The notes: a model not told the origin generated them from the letters alone. 64,000 nucleotides of DNA from Selaginella moellendorffii (GCF_000143415.4 NW_003314342.1:161299-225298); one strand, 5' to 3'. Numbered from the stretch's first letter, positions 34,134-46,874 are shown. Numbers and translations are program-made.

Positions 34134-36359
34134 ATGAGAGTCAAGAGAAGCTACTGCACGTCCACTCGAGAGACCCAAGACTACTTCGCCAAACTCCTTC
34201 GGAGCTGCTGCGTCACGAAAAATGTCTCCATGGCCAAGCGCGTCCACAATCAAATGCTGGAGAGCCCCTACAGGCACGACACCTTCCTCAGCAATCTTCT
34301 CATCAGAGTTTACAGCGAGTGTGGCAAGCTGGACGAAGCCAAGCTCGTCTTCGACGGGATTCCCAGGCAAAACGACTACTCCTACAACTTCATGGTCCAC
34401 GCTTACATTCTCAACGGGTCCCTGGATCTCGCCAAGCAGCTGTTTGATCGAATTCCAACGCCACCGTCGAGCTTCTGCTGGGACATCCTCCTCACGGCAT
34501 TTGCCAGGTCCGGGGATTTGGATCAAGCCAAGCTCCTCTTCGACTCCATGCCGTCCAGAGGCCTGCTAGCATGGACCAAGCTCATGCAATCCAGCGCAAG
34601 GAACAACGACCTCGCCCAAGCCACCGATATCTTCGGGAGAATGCCCGAGAGAGACGTTCTCTCGTGGACGGTGATGGTGTTGGCATTCGCCCAAACCGGG
34701 GACCTGGAGGTGGCATGGAGCTCCTTCCTAGAGATGCCCGAGAGAGACATCGTCCCGTGGACAGGGATCCTCCAAGGCTTCGTCGACACGGGCCAGCCGG
34801 ACGAGGCCAAGAGCGTCTTCGATCGAATGCCACAGCAGGACGTGGTGTGCTGGTCCGCGATGCTCCAAGCGCAGGCCAGGAACGATCGAGTCGACCAAGC
34901 CAAGCTCCTCTTCGACCGCTTCCCGCAGCTCAACGTCGTGTCCTGGACCGCGATGCTGGGAGGCTACGCACACTCCGGCCGGATCCGCGAGGCCGAGCTC
35001 CTCTTCCGGAAGATGCCGCAGCACGACGCGATCTCTCGCGTCGCGATCATGAACGGCTACGCGGAGCACGGCCGACTGGATCTCGCCATCGCCATGTTCC
35101 ACTCCAAGCCGGAGCGCGACATGGGCGACTACATCACGATGCTCTCGGCGCTGGCAGAGACGAAGAGGCTGAAAGACGCGAGAGCTCTGCTGGAGAAGAT
35201 GCCAGAGCAAAGCCCAGTGGCGTGGACGATCGTTCTAGCGTCGTATGCCCAAGCCGGGCATATGGACGACGCGCGGGAGCTCTACGTCGCCATGCCTGCC
35301 AAGAATGTGGTGGCCTCCACGGCCATGGTCCAGGGATATGCCCAAGGCGGGCATATCAGAGACTGCGAGGAGCTCTTCTTCGAAACCATGGCCGAGCGCG
35401 ACTCCATGGCTTGGAACTCTCTCCTCGGCGCCTACAGCCAAAATGGTCTCGCCAGCAACGCCGAAGCAGTGTTCTTGAAGATCCCGCAGTATGATTCGTG
35501 CTCCTGGAACCTGGTAATCCAAGTCCACGCCGAGGCCGGGGATATGGACCGAGCTGGTGTGTTCTTCGCGAGAATGCCTGGGCGGTGCGTGGTGTCCTGG
35601 AACACGGTCATGGCGGGCTACGTCCGGAGTGGAAGGATGGAAGACGCAAGCTCGGTGCTGGAGAGGATGAGCCACTGCAGCTTGATCTCGTGGAACACGA
35701 TGCTGGGGGGCTTCGCACAGAGCAAGATGGTGGCTGAGGCGAGAGCGTTGTTCCAGACGATGCCGGTCCAGGATATCTTCTCGTGGAACGCGATGGTGGC
35801 GGCGCACGCTCACGTCGGCCACCTCGCCGACGCGATGAGAACTTTCGAGGCGATGGCCAGCAGGAACCTCTTCTCCTGGACGATCCTCATTGCCGGGTAC
35901 GCGCTGGCGGGGCACCAGAGCTCGGCCATCTCGCTCTTCCAGTCGATGCAGCTCGAGGGAGAGAGGCCGGATGGCATCGTCTTCATGTGTGTCATTCACG
36001 CGTGTAGCCACCTCGGGCTGGTCGAGGAGGCCCTGCAGAACTTCTACCAGATGAGAGCCGACTATCAGATTCAACCTGACGACAATCACTTCTACTGCAT
36101 GGTCGATCTCTTTGCGAGAGCCGGGCAGCAGCAGGACGCCCGAGAGCTGATCGAGAGTATGCCCTTCGTCCCCGACAGCTTGGCGTGGCAGACACTCCTC
36201 GGATCATGCAAAGTTTCTCGTGATATCCAGCTCGGGAAGCACGCTGCAAACCAGGCATCAGTCATAAGTCCGGAGAAGGCTGCGACTTACGTGCTGCTGT
36301 CCAATATCTGCGGCACGAATCGAAAGGAAGAGGTCACTACTGCTGCAGCACTTCCTTGA
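34134..36359 (+). CDS. PLS-class pentatricopeptide repeat protein with E domain (organellar RNA-editing-factor type), 741 aa, intronless
   Basis: Tandem 31-35-aa repeats (FDRMP.RDVVSW.AM...A); C-terminal ACSHLGLVEEA...HFYCMVDLFARAG...MPFVPD..AWQTLLGSC...YVLLSNI. Confidence 0.95.
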   Translation: MRVKRSYCTSTRETQDYFAKLLRSCCVTKNVSMAKRVHNQMLESPYRHDTFLSNLLIRVYSECGKLDEAKLVFDGIPRQNDYSYNFMVHAYILNGSLDLAKQLFDRIPTPPSSFCWDILLTAFARSGDLDQAKLLFDSMPSRGLLAWTKLMQSSARNNDLAQATDIFGRMPERDVLSWTVMVLAFAQTGDLEVAWSSFLEMPERDIVPWTGILQGFVDTGQPDEAKSVFDRMPQQDVVCWSAMLQAQARNDRVDQAKLLFDRFPQLNVVSWTAMLGGYAHSGRIREAELLFRKMPQHDAISRVAIMNGYAEHGRLDLAIAMFHSKPERDMGDYITMLSALAETKRLKDARALLEKMPEQSPVAWTIVLASYAQAGHMDDARELYVAMPAKNVVASTAMVQGYAQGGHIRDCEELFFETMAERDSMAWNSLLGAYSQNGLASNAEAVFLKIPQYDSCSWNLVIQVHAEAGDMDRAGVFFARMPGRCVVSWNTVMAGYVRSGRMEDASSVLERMSHCSLISWNTMLGGFAQSKMVAEARALFQTMPVQDIFSWNAMVAAHAHVGHLADAMRTFEAMASRNLFSWTILIAGYALAGHQSSAISLFQSMQLEGERPDGIVFMCVIHACSHLGLVEEALQNFYQMRADYQIQPDDNHFYCMVDLFARAGQQQDARELIESMPFVPDSLAWQTLLGSCKVSRDIQLGKHAANQASVISPEKAATYVLLSNICGTNRKEEVTTAAALP

Positions 36360-38044
36360 GAACTCTTCCTATTCTCTCGGACATGTGTTGCTCGAGAAAT
36401 CGCTCCTGGACGCGCTTGTAGCCGGCTTCACCCATGCGAGCTCTCAACTTTGGATCTCGAAAGAGGTTGATGATGTTGGAGGCTAAGTCGGGAACACCTT
36501 CCTTGCCAACTTGGTGAAGGAAACCAGTGGATCCGTCCACGACGATCTCCGTGGTTCCACCGGCAGCAGTACCCTGTGAAGGCAAATGTTGATCAGCCGA
36601 TTGATTCATTCGCACAGCCGATGCGATAGACTACCAGAATGGGAAGCTTGAATGCCATCGCTTCGATTGAAATTCTTCCAAAGCACTCTCCTCGTGCCTG
36701 GACAATCGTCAAGAAACAAAAGGTTTGAGTACACTTCTTTCTTGCACTGACTAACCTGAGAGTTTTGGACGAGAACGTCTGACGCAGCAAGATATGGAAC
36801 CACATTCATCGTCTTGTTCACAAATCGAACTACGTGCTGCATGCCGTTCTTCTCGACAAGCTCTCGCAGCTCCGCTTCAAACTTTGGCTGCCCGATCCAG
36901 TCGCTTCCCACTATAACAGCGTAAATCCCAGTACTAGACCCCAGAGTTTTCAAGGCCTGAGCGAATGCCTTGAGAAAGAGGTCCTGGCCTTTGCCTCTGG
37001 AAACACCTGCAGTACAAGTAAATTAAGACTTTTAAATCTTTGGCTAGAGCTTACTGTTGATCGCGGAGAACATAACATCGCGGTCCGAAATACCGAGCGA
37101 TTCTCTTACATGCTGACGGAGCAAATGACGAGCGAGAGGATTTTCCGCTGCTTCCGTGAGATCTTTGCTATTTCCCAGATGCACGACGTGGACCTTTGGG
37201 ATCTTTATCCTGGAGAAGTAAAACGATTTGTCACACACTTTCATATCGAAAGAAGATTTTTTATTTTTTTTTCCTTACCCGAGACGCTGTTGTGTCCGGT
37301 TCTTCCAATACTCGGCCGTGGCATGAGAGTCGATCATCACTGCGGCCACCTCGGGCATATGTTTGACGTAATTGAGTGTGAAGTAGTGACCACGCATCTC
37401 GTGAATCCACCACAAAACTTTGGGAAGAACTCGCTGCTGATCCGACTCCTTGAGCGTCGAATCTATCCACTTCCCCGCAACGGCAGTGTTGAGGACAACC
37501 AAGTCCGAATCAACCGCTGCGCGGACAGTCTCTTCTCCTTTTGCTGGAACCAGCTGACAAAGAATCAATTCACTCAAGAACAAGAGAAGAATCAAGTAAG
37601 AAGTTCACTCACTCACCAGGATTCCTTTGTTTTGTAATCTCTGCTCGAGATTGTCAGTAACTTCACTCCCAGCACCATCTCTTTTGTTGATAGTCATCCA
37701 CTGGACAGTGGCGCCAGCGTTTTTGAGAAGCACAGCGAGCTCCATGAGCAACAAAGGACCCCCTACAAACAAATCCAATGAAGACGGGAAGAGAAAGCTA
37801 AGAGAGAAATACCTGTGAGGGTGAGCTCGTGAGAGACAAGCACCACATTCTTTCCCCGCATAAAATGCAGGCCATGCGGAGGAGCATCGCGGCGATCAAC
37901 GCCAGAAATCCCAGCAGCCGGATGCCTCACACTGTAGCTCCCCACCAAGAGCCCTATCCCGGCGAGAAATCCAAATGCCGCAACGCCGAGCTTGAGCAGC
38001 GAGCGCAATCCCGCCTTGCGCTTGCCCGGAATCGCTCCTCCCAT
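36337..38044 (-). CDS. Membrane-anchored GT-B glycosyltransferase (GT4/Glycos_transf_1 type)
   Basis: N-terminal TM helix; motifs VVLVSHELTLTGGPLLLMELA, VLNTAVAGKW, KVLWWIHEMRGHYF, GECFGRISIEAMAFKLPILGTAAGGTTEIV. Multi-exon. Confidence 0.92.
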
Positions 38045-38381
38045 TCCCGATCATCGATCACTCTCGCCCTAAAGAACAAAGAAAAAAGATCTGCAATCCC
38101 GACCGTCCAAAACTCAACGTTGGCGATTACGCCAAGTGGCGACCGCGGTATAAGATTTAAAAATTTAAACCTTTGGCTGGCGCGTCAATACGAATGGAAA
38201 TGGAAGACTTTGGGCTCGAATCGCGCGGTCTTTATATCTATCCACACACCTCCACGCTATATAAATACCCCATCTCTCACAATCCTTCCACGCACACTCT
38301 CTAGAGCTCCTTTCAAGTTCCTTCGCTTTGGTTTGCTCCTTCTCCTCTTTTCTCCATAGGCTTCCAATCAATCGATTGATC

Positions 38382-38615
38382 ATGGCAAGCAGCAAGACTC
38401 GATTGGTGTGCCTAGGCCTGGTTGTGATGTTTGTGATGCTCCTGGCGGTGGGAGTGGAGGTCGGGGGGATCACCAAGGCGGTGGCGCAGCGCTGCCGTGG
38501 AGGATGGTACTGGAATGGATTCCGCTGCGTGCAATGCAATTGGTACTGGTATGACAACAGCTGCCATCGATGCCAGCGCGGGTGGCGCTGGAATGGCAGC
38601 CGCTGCAGCCGCTGA
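38382..38615 (+). CDS. Secreted Cys/Trp-rich peptide, copy 1 (3 modules, 77 aa)
   Basis: Hydrophobic leader ending AVA-Q; mature QRCRGGWYWNGFRCVQCNWYWYDNSCHRCQRGWRWNGSRCSR. TATA box (TATATAAATA) at about 38258. Confidence 0.85.
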   Translation: MASSKTRLVCLGLVVMFVMLLAVGVEVGGITKAVAQRCRGGWYWNGFRCVQCNWYWYDNSCHRCQRGWRWNGSRCSR

Positions 38616-39270
38616 AGAATCGCCAAAGTTTGTGAGTGATATCTCGGGGGAGAGCAAGTCATAGAATAAGAGTGTGGCTTCGAAACGAGAATGTTTTGGA
38701 GTCCTGTAGAATCTTGTGTGAGATCTATTCAAGTTTTTGAGATGTACAGGCCCTGAGACTGTCAATGATAATAATGGAGTGTTTTCGGGAAAGGTTTTGT
38801 TGCTGTGTAACGTTCGCAATGTATGGATTTTTAATATATGGGCAGCCAAAAAACACTAAATAGCTGTGCACAGAATGACAAAAAATATATATAGATATAT
38901 GCTAATAAACAAAGAATGCCAACTATTGAGATTGAAGCAGAGAACCTGGTTACAGAAATCTGGAGTAAAGCGCCTGGCTTTTGGTACCATTATAGTGAGT
39001 GTACACACAAGAGTTCCAAGTCTTTGGTTGAGACTCAAGTCAAATTTACAATATTAAATTTTATATATATATATTACTAATTTGTTCGTGGAACTTTGGA
39101 AAATCTATTCCATATGACTCAGACAAATTTGTCATCGAATCTGATCTACAGGAATCAATATAAGTTGCCTGGTCGTGTCTTCTTTTCTCAAGATCCAACA
39201 CCAGGTTATATGATTGTAACTCTTTGGGATATTGTTTCTTGTTCATTCAGTGGCGGTGAAGTCTATAGCG

Positions 39271-39396
39271 ATGGGGATGGACAAGATTCGTGTGGCTGGC
39301 CTTGGGCTCATCGCAAGCATGCGGCCCAACGCTGCCAAAGGGGTGGTATTGGTATGACAACACCGTTGCCAGAGAGGTTGGAGCTGGCGCAACTGA
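39271..39396 (+). pseudogene. Cys/Trp-rich peptide pseudogene (MDKIR type), internally deleted
   Basis: ATGGACAAGATTCGT..., CAACGCTGCCAAGGGGTGGTATTGGTATGACAA and GGTTGGAGCTGGCGCAACTGA, with deletions and frameshifts relative to the copy at 45499. Confidence 0.75.
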
Positions 39397-40234
39397 AACC
39401 TTGAAGCAAACTTAAGAATCAACAGTAATTGCCTTTGATCATGCTGCAGTGCCAGGGTCTGGAACTTGTGATGCATGCATGACCTTGCGTCCAGCAATGA
39501 TATATATAAGTTGTCCAGGCCTTGCTGAAAGTCAAAGATCTGTTCTCTGTATTTTTCATTTAGATTCACAGCTTCATTTCGAGAGTTTACTTGATTTTGA
39601 CTCCAGGCGCTTCTCTTGGGTGGCATTTTTACTTCTTTTGTTGTGTTGCTTGGACTTTGTTCTTCTTGATTTGCAAACTCGAAGATTAAGCCTTTTCATG
39701 TTGGGAATGGAACTAAGAGACAAGGCCAGCGATTGAATCCACACCAGTCAACGTGATTTTCTTTGCCTAGCTGGACTTTCAAGAAGTTGAGAGCTCGCGA
39801 AATGAAGCCGGCCACGAACGCATTCTCGACCTAATGCGTGAGCGAACGTTTTCTCGAGCAACATTATCCGGAAGAATTTCAAGAAAGTCAGAGGACCTCT
39901 TCCTTTTCGATTCGGTGCCACAGATAATGGGCAAGTAGCAGGCTTCGAATTCTCTGGATGACTGATGCCTGGGAGGCATGCTCTTGATCAGAGGCGTACC
40001 CATCCCGTGATTTTAGACGCTCCCATAAATTATTTTGCTCCTGCCACGGCTGGCAACGACTTAGCATATTCCCTCGTGAGAATAATGCATGACATAATGC
40101 TTGCTCGGTTGTAGTATATAGACACGCCTCTCAAGAGAGGTTTCCCACTTTCTTCTAAACATCATCCAGATCCAGAAGGTCAAAGCTCGTTCTTTGCACT
40201 CTCAGTACTTAGGCTTCTAAGCACTAAGCTTGCT

Positions 40235-40453
40235 ATGGCGATTTGGTTTGGGCTTGTTGCCATGTTTGTGATGATGCTGCTGGCCATGGGAGTGGGCGGA
40301 GGAGTTGCAAAGGTTGCTGCCCAGCGCTGCCAGAGAGGACGGTATTGGTATGACAATAGTTGCCACCGTTTCCAGAAAAACTGGCATCGGTATGGAAGCT
40401 GCTGTCGATGTCAGAATGATTTGAGCCGGAATGGCCACTGCGGGCGAAACTGA
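40235..40453 (+). CDS. Secreted Cys/Trp-rich peptide, diverged copy (72 aa; possibly decaying)
   Basis: MAIWFGLVAMFVMMLLAMGVGGGVAKVAAQRCQRGRYWYDNSCHRFQKNWHRYGSCCRCQNDLSRNGHCGRN. One module Cys is changed to Phe and several Trp are lost. Confidence 0.65.
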   Translation: MAIWFGLVAMFVMMLLAMGVGGGVAKVAAQRCQRGRYWYDNSCHRFQKNWHRYGSCCRCQNDLSRNGHCGRN

Positions 40454-41165
40454 GATTAGGTAAATCTGGTTGCCAAAAAAAAAAACTAAATAGAATAAAG
40501 TGATGAGGGCTCTCACTGGGGAATGTGATTTTCTTTACCGAGCTTTTATGGTACCAGGATGTCCAGTCCAGAGATTTCTCGAGCAGCCAGAGAATTCGAA
40601 GCCTGCTACTTGTCCATTATCTGTGGTACTATTATCGGAACCAATTTGTCAACGAATCTGATCCTTCCCAGGACCAAGTCTCCAAGTCTAATGCGGTGTG
40701 CGTCCGCCAAAAATGCACCTAGAAACTTGCTCGGTCGTTGCAAGGGCGACTATATACTACCTCAACTCCAAAATAAATATTTACTAAACATGTCTGATGC
40801 CCTATGACCTTCATATAAACAGTTCATCTATCTTAAAGACTTAGGTTGTTCTTTTTACTTGCAGTAGCAGAAGGGATCTGGTCCTAGTTACACTTCATAA
40901 CTTGAATTGAGAACGAATGAAGGTTATAGACATAACATCACCAACATGAAGAAATACAGGTGAGATTTCTGATGTTTTTTGCCATCATAGGTGACCTAGA
41001 TTCGATCTTTGGGGAGAAGCAAAGACAAAGTCCTCTGTCATTTCACGATTGGGGGAGAACGCCAACTCAATGAGCCAGCAGATTGCTATGCTGCCACAAG
41101 CAAGTGTAAAGCCAACTACAAACTTTTGTTTGGGAATGACGTGCTGTTTAAGCACGAGGACATTG

Positions 41166-41220
41166 GTGATTAGCAAGACACAGCTGGTTTGCCTTTGGGC
41201 TTGTTGTGATGTTGGCCATA
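41166..41220 (+). pseudogene. Leader-only remnant of the peptide family
   Basis: AGCAAGACACAGCTGGTTTGCCTTTGGGCTTGTTGTGATGTTGGCCAT (SKTQLVCL...), followed by the family 3' flank. Confidence 0.55.
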
Positions 41221-41715
41221 ATTGTAAGAGGTTCAATTGAAGGGTTTTGTGATTATTAAGTCCTAATTAAAATAAAACGATAAGGTGTTTGTGCTGTTTA
41301 ATTTCATCTGGAGTAGATTAGGCACTACGCACTGAGCTTTTATTGGGTGGCAGTTCTGTGTTGTTATGTAGCAAACAGAACAGCAAGAATTATGTTATCT
41401 TTTAGATTGTGGCGGTATTTGGCCAGCACTGGTGTGTGGATAAGATAAGAATTGCCTGGTCTGCAAGCTCCAAAACCCAATCAAGCCAAGAGAGTTTGGT
41501 CTATGTGGTTTTGTCCTTTAAAGTCCAAAGGAACGTACTAGAATAGTGGACACGAATGCATGTTGTACGAGAGAGGCCAAGTTGGAACAAACATATTACT
41601 AAAAATTATGAACAGAATTACACAGCTAGCCAATAGTCATATTCTTTCATTGGTCCAAGTCAAACAGTTTAAAAGTCTGTAAAAAAAACACATTGGTGGC
41701 AACACGTTCGGCAAT

Positions 41716-42745
41716 GTTCTTCTCGACAAGCTCTCGCAGTTCCGCTTCAAACTTTGGCTGCCTGATCCAGTCGCTTCCAACTGTAACAGCGTAAATTCCA
41801 GCACTAGACCCCAGAGTTTTCGGCCTGCCTTGAGAAAGAGGTCCTGGCCTTCGCCTCTGGAAATACCTGCAATACAAGTAAATTCGGACTTTCATGCTTA
41901 AAAGTTTAAGTAGAGCTTACTGTTGATCGCGGAGAACATAACATCGCGGTCGAAATACCGAGCGATTCTCTTACATGCTGACGGAGCAAATGACGAGCGC
42001 TGCTTCCGTGAGATGTTTGCTATTTCCCAGATGCACCTTTGGGATCTTTATCCTGGAGAACTAAAAAGATTTGTCACGCATTTTCATATCGTAAGATATC
42101 GAAAGAAGGCTCTATTCCTTACCCAAGATGCTGTTGTGTCCTGTTGGTCCAATACTCGGCCATGGCATGAGAGTCTATCATCACTGCAGCAACCAGCAAC
42201 CTCGGGCATACGTTGACGTAATTGAGCGTGAAGTAGTGACCGGGAATCCACCACAGAACTTTGGGAGCGTAGAATCGATCCACTTCCCTGCAACGGCCTT
42301 GTTGAGGAAAACGAAGTCCGAATCAACCGCTGCGCGGAGAGTCTCTTCTCCTTTTTCTGGAACCAAAAGAATTAATTCACTCAAGAACAAGAGTAGATAT
42401 GTTATTCATTCACCAGGATTCCTTAGATTTTCGGTAACTTCATCACTTCGATAGTAATCCACTGGACAGTGGCGCCAGCGTTTTGAGAAGCACAGCGAGC
42501 TCCATGAGCAGAAAGGACCCCTACAACCAAATACATTCTTGTCTAAGAAGAAGGAAACAAAAACTAAGAGAGAAATACCTGTGAGAGTGAGCTCATGCGA
42601 GACAAGCACCACAATCCTTCCACGGATAAACTGTAGGCCATGCGGAGGAGCATCCCGCCGCTCCCTCACTCTTTCAACAAGAGGAGCTTGACAAGCGATA
42701 GCAATCCCGCGTTGCGCTTGATCGTTCCTGATCATCGGTCTAAGA
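41716..42745 (-). pseudogene. 5'-half duplicate of the GT4 gene, decayed
   Basis: Colinear with about 36847-38070, including introns; many deletions and frameshifts. Confidence 0.9.
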
Positions 42746-43038
42746 AACAAAGAAAAAGATCTGCAATCATGACCGTCCAAAACTCAACGTTGGCGATTTT
42801 GCCAAGTGGCGACCGAGTTTAACAAATTCAAGAGTCTTTCAAATGGTGGGCGCGAATTGTAATGAAAGACTTTGGCCTGGAACCGCGCGGTCTTTGTATC
42901 TATCCACACACTCTCGACGCTATATAAACATCTCTTACAATCCCCCACACACTCTCTAGAGCTCCTTTGTTCTTTCGCTTTGGTTTGCTCCTCTCTTATC
43001 CAATTCCAATCGATCGATCGATCGATTGACCGATTGCT

Positions 43039-43267
43039 ATGGCAAGCAGCAAGACTCGATTGGTGTGCCTTGGTTGTGATGTTTGTGATGCTCCTGGCGG
43101 TGGGAGTGGAGGTCGGGGGGATCACCAAGGCGGTGGCGCAGCGCTGCCGCAGGGGATGGTACTGGAATGGATCTCGCTGCGTGCAATGCAATTGGTACTG
43201 GTATGACAACGGCTGCCATCGATGCCAGCGTGGGTGGCGCTGGAATGGCAGCCGCTGCGTCAATTAA
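43039..43267 (+). pseudogene. Cys/Trp-rich peptide copy with a 5-bp frameshifting deletion in the signal peptide
   Basis: Essentially identical to 48182-48415 except TGCCTGGGCCTGG > TGCCTTGG (229 vs 234 nt). The mature-coding part is intact and an in-frame ATG lies at 43079. Confidence 0.8.
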
Positions 43268-43799
43268 TGAAAGTTTGTGAGTGATCTCTGGGGCCTGGAA
43301 CCATAGGAGCGAATGTCGAATGGGTGAAGAAGTACATAGAATAAAACTGTGGCTTCGAAACGAGAATGTTTTGGAGTCCTATAGAATCTTGTGTGAAATC
43401 TATTCCGATGTTCAGGCTCTGAGACTATCAATGATAAATATGGTCTGTTTTCTGGAAAGTTGTCAGCCACAATTAAAAGTGTATTTATACCTATATTACT
43501 GCCCTTTAAAGGCTTTTGGGTGATGTTAACAAGTTTCTGCTAGCATTGTTTGCAGATAACTTTGCCGTTTGCTAGACTTGGTCTTAATTTGGTTTTCTAA
43601 ATACATAGTACTCTCGATAATACGGAAGTAAAGCTATTTGTCCTTCCACATCGACTTGACAAAGTCTGTCGTAGCTACACTGGTTAGCTAGCTCTGGAGA
43701 CATGTCTATATTATAATGTTGTTAGTGTTATATTGATCGTGAGCCAAGCGTAATCTTTAGAGATTAATAGAGAAAATATATTACGCAGCTCAAACTATT

Positions 43800-43932
43800 C
43801 TAATGCCAGTTTTTCTGGCAACGGTGGCAGCCATTGTCATAATAAACCACTGGGAAACAACCAAATTCCGATTCTTCCCACGTCAGCGTTTGTGATCCAC
43901 TCCCATTACCAGGAGCACTTGTCCATCGCCAT
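43800..43932 (-). pseudogene. Inverted, scrambled peptide pseudogene (MDK type)
   Basis: Minus strand reads ATGGCGATGGACAAG...GTAATGGGAGTGGA...YYDNGCHRCQKNWH*. Confidence 0.7.
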
Positions 43933-44033
43933 TGCTGCCACTCTGCAAGAGAAAAGAACAAAAAACCATAATCAATCAATACAAGTTTCCTTTCAGATGA
44001 TCTTGGATTCTTGTTCTTTTCGACTATATAGCA

Positions 44034-44232
44034 AAGCAAGACTCAACTGGTTTGCCTTGGGCTTGTTGCCATGTTTGTGGCCATGGGAGTGGACATGCGA
44101 GGAATCGCAAAGGTTGCTGCCAAGCGCTGCCAGTGGTACTGGTATGGCAATGGTTGTCACCGGTGCCCAAAAAGCTGGTATTGGTATGGCGGAAGTTGCC
44201 ACTGATGCCAGAGCGCCCCTGCTGGAAAAACA
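44034..44232 (+). pseudogene. Peptide pseudogene (lost ATG, premature TGA)
   Basis: Translates SKTQLVCLGLVAMFVAMGVDMRGIAKVAAKRCQWYWYGNGCHRCPKSWYWYGGSCH*CQS. Confidence 0.8.
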
Positions 44233-45498
44233 GAGATCTCCGGGATCATGGATAAGCACAAGAATTAACAGCATAACTCGTAAGGTTTTTCATGTTCACC
44301 AGGATCTTCTGAATATCTATGCTGTTGTTTTAGATCTTGTGTATTAGAATTAAAAAAAAAATTCATCCAATGTAAAAATGTTTTTTGTGTGATCAGGTCA
44401 TTCAGCTTTTCTTGGGTGGCGGTTGTTTCTCTCCTTTTGTCATGTTGGTGTTGTTATGTAGCAAACTGAATAGCAAGAATAATTGATGCCGTAAACACAA
44501 ATACCAGTTTACGGCATCAATAGTTCTAGTAGATCTATACCAGTATTTTATTGTTTGGCGGTTTTTGGCCGGCGCCTGATCTGCAAGCTCCAAAACCCAA
44601 CCCGATCAAGCCAAGAAAAAGCAATAATTTCAAGAGTATGTGGCTTTGTCCTAACTAAATAATGTACTAGAAGCTCATAATATAGTGGATACGAACGCAT
44701 GTTGTACCAGAGATCAGGTCAAGTTGTGTTGGAACAAACATAAAACTACTAAAAATTGTATGATTCATTGAAAGAGTGAACAGAAGAATCATATTCTTAT
44801 CAATATTTCTTCTTTCTGCTCCAAGTATTATAGGTCAAGTCGCGGAGGTAATGGAGAAGTTGGTTTGCCACGAGAGACTTTTAATTCAAAGAGTGTTGGA
44901 AACAAAGGTATGCTCTCGATCTGCGTCCCAGTGATCGATTAGATCCAATCTTTTGTTAAAGTAAATATAATATACGACCATAATATTAACAGACTTCGTC
45001 AAATCGAGAAGGAAGAAAACAAGATTGGAAAGCTTTTTTTCCATATTACCTCGTCGTACTTAGGAAACCAAGTTGTCAACGAATTTGATCCTTCCCAAGA
45101 CCAAGTCTCCAAGTAAAATCCGCGCGTCAACCGCTGCCAAAAAACCACGAGGAAACTTTCTCGGTTGTTATAGAGAGACTCCCTCTTCTATCCAGAGGAT
45201 CCGCAAAGACTCGTTGTTCTTTTTACTTGCAGTAGCAGTGTGTTCAGAGGTAGGATCTGGTCCAGCTACAATTCGGACTTATCTAAGTCTTGACGTGTAC
45301 ACAGTAGCACCCAGGAGGTAGTACCCAGGAGGCAGATTTGAATCTGATCTCTTTTCCAGACTAAGTCTAGCTAACACGATTGCTCGGTCGTTGCAAGGGG
45401 CGTATATATAACGCGCCTCACTCGATCAAGACGAAATCACCACACTTTCACTTCTCTTATAATCCACAGGTTTTACTCTTAGAGTGGCAGCAATAGCG

Positions 45499-45693
45499 AT
45501 GGACAAAATTCGTCTGGCTTGCCTTGGGCTTGTTGCCATGTTTGTGTTGCTCCTGGTAATGGGAGTGGACGTGGGAGGAATCGCAAACGCTGCTGCCCAG
45601 CGCTGCCAGTCGGGGTGGTATTGGTATGACAATGGTTGCCACCGTTGCCCGAGGGGTTCGAGCTGGCGCAACAATCGCTGCTGGAGAAACTGA
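45499..45693 (+). CDS. Secreted Cys/Trp-rich peptide (2 modules, 64 aa)
   Basis: MDKIRLACLGLVAMFVLLLVMGVDVGGIANAAAQRCQSGWYWYDNGCHRCPRGSSWRNNRCWRN; upstream TATATATAA at about 45403. Confidence 0.85.
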   Translation: MDKIRLACLGLVAMFVLLLVMGVDVGGIANAAAQRCQSGWYWYDNGCHRCPRGSSWRNNRCWRN

Positions 45694-46667
45694 AGCCTCT
45701 GCTTTTAAGGGTAAGCGCAATTCTCAATTCAACTCGTAATCTCTATGAGTGCATTGCCAGGGTCTGGAAATAAGAATAAAAGACACCGGACGGTAACATG
45801 TTTGTGTGGAACAAATAAAATTTTTTTTTGTCTTTTTCTTTCTTTTTTTTCTTTTTTGCTTCATCTCGAGAGTTTTGAGCTCCCGTGGCAATACTTCCTC
45901 ATCGTCTAGCAACCTTTCTTCTTGGTTTACAAACTAGAAAATTAAGCTTTTTGGATCAATGGCTCATCTTCGTGTTGGGAATGGAACCCATGTTATGAGA
46001 CAACCACATGATTTGCAGCTGGAAGTAACTCGCATGATGAAGGCGGCTACGAACGCATTATCGAGCAACATCAGGTTCGAGATAGTCGGAGGACCTCTTT
46101 CTTTTCGATTCGGTGCCACAGATAATCACGCAAGTAGCAGGATGACTCATGCCTCGAGGTGAGACAATCGATGCTACTGGCTGATCGCAAATTGATCGAC
46201 CACGTGGTAGAAGTGATTCCAAACACTCCAGCCAAATTTTCATTAATATCATATATTAAATCGACAATAAGAGCTGAGGGTGTCTATATACTCGAGCAAC
46301 TATTGCCTGATAAATCTAACCAGAATTATATAACATTAAAATAGCATTAATAATGAAATTAACATTATATTATAGAGATATATGAGTGTATACTATTAAG
46401 TCGATGTGGAACGACGAAAAGCGTATTAGAAAACCAAATTGTCAATAAATCTGATCCTTCCCAAGACCAACCGATGAGCCACAAAGTTACCCACAAACAA
46501 TGCACGTGGAAACTTGCTTCGTCGCAAGGTGAGTATATAGATACCCCTCTCAGGAGAGGTTTCCACAATCTCTCTTCTAACAGATTCAGTGCTCAGAAGA
46601 TCTTCGAAGAAGCTCTCTAATGCTTATTTGGTTTCTTGTTCTTTTCGCTTGCAATAGCGGTCCAGCG

Positions 46668-46874
46668 ATGAGGAAGAGTCAGTTGGTTTGCCTTGGGCTT
46701 GTTGCCATGTTTGTGATGATGCTGGCCATGGGAGTGGAAGGGGGAGGAAAGGTTGCTGCCCAGCGCTGCCAGAGAGGGTGGTACTGGTATTACAATGGTT
46801 GTCATGACTGCCCGAAATGCTGGTATTCCAAAGCGGCTGGAGCTGGGCCAATGGCCGCTGCTGGAAAAACTTAG
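46668..46874 (+). pseudogene. Peptide gene with a frameshifting deletion in modules 2/3 (chimeric C-terminus)
   Basis: MRKSQLVCLG...AAQRCQRGWYWYYNGCHDCPKCWYSKAAGAGPMAAAGKT*. The ancestral QSGWSWANGRCWKN is present in another frame. Confidence 0.75.
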
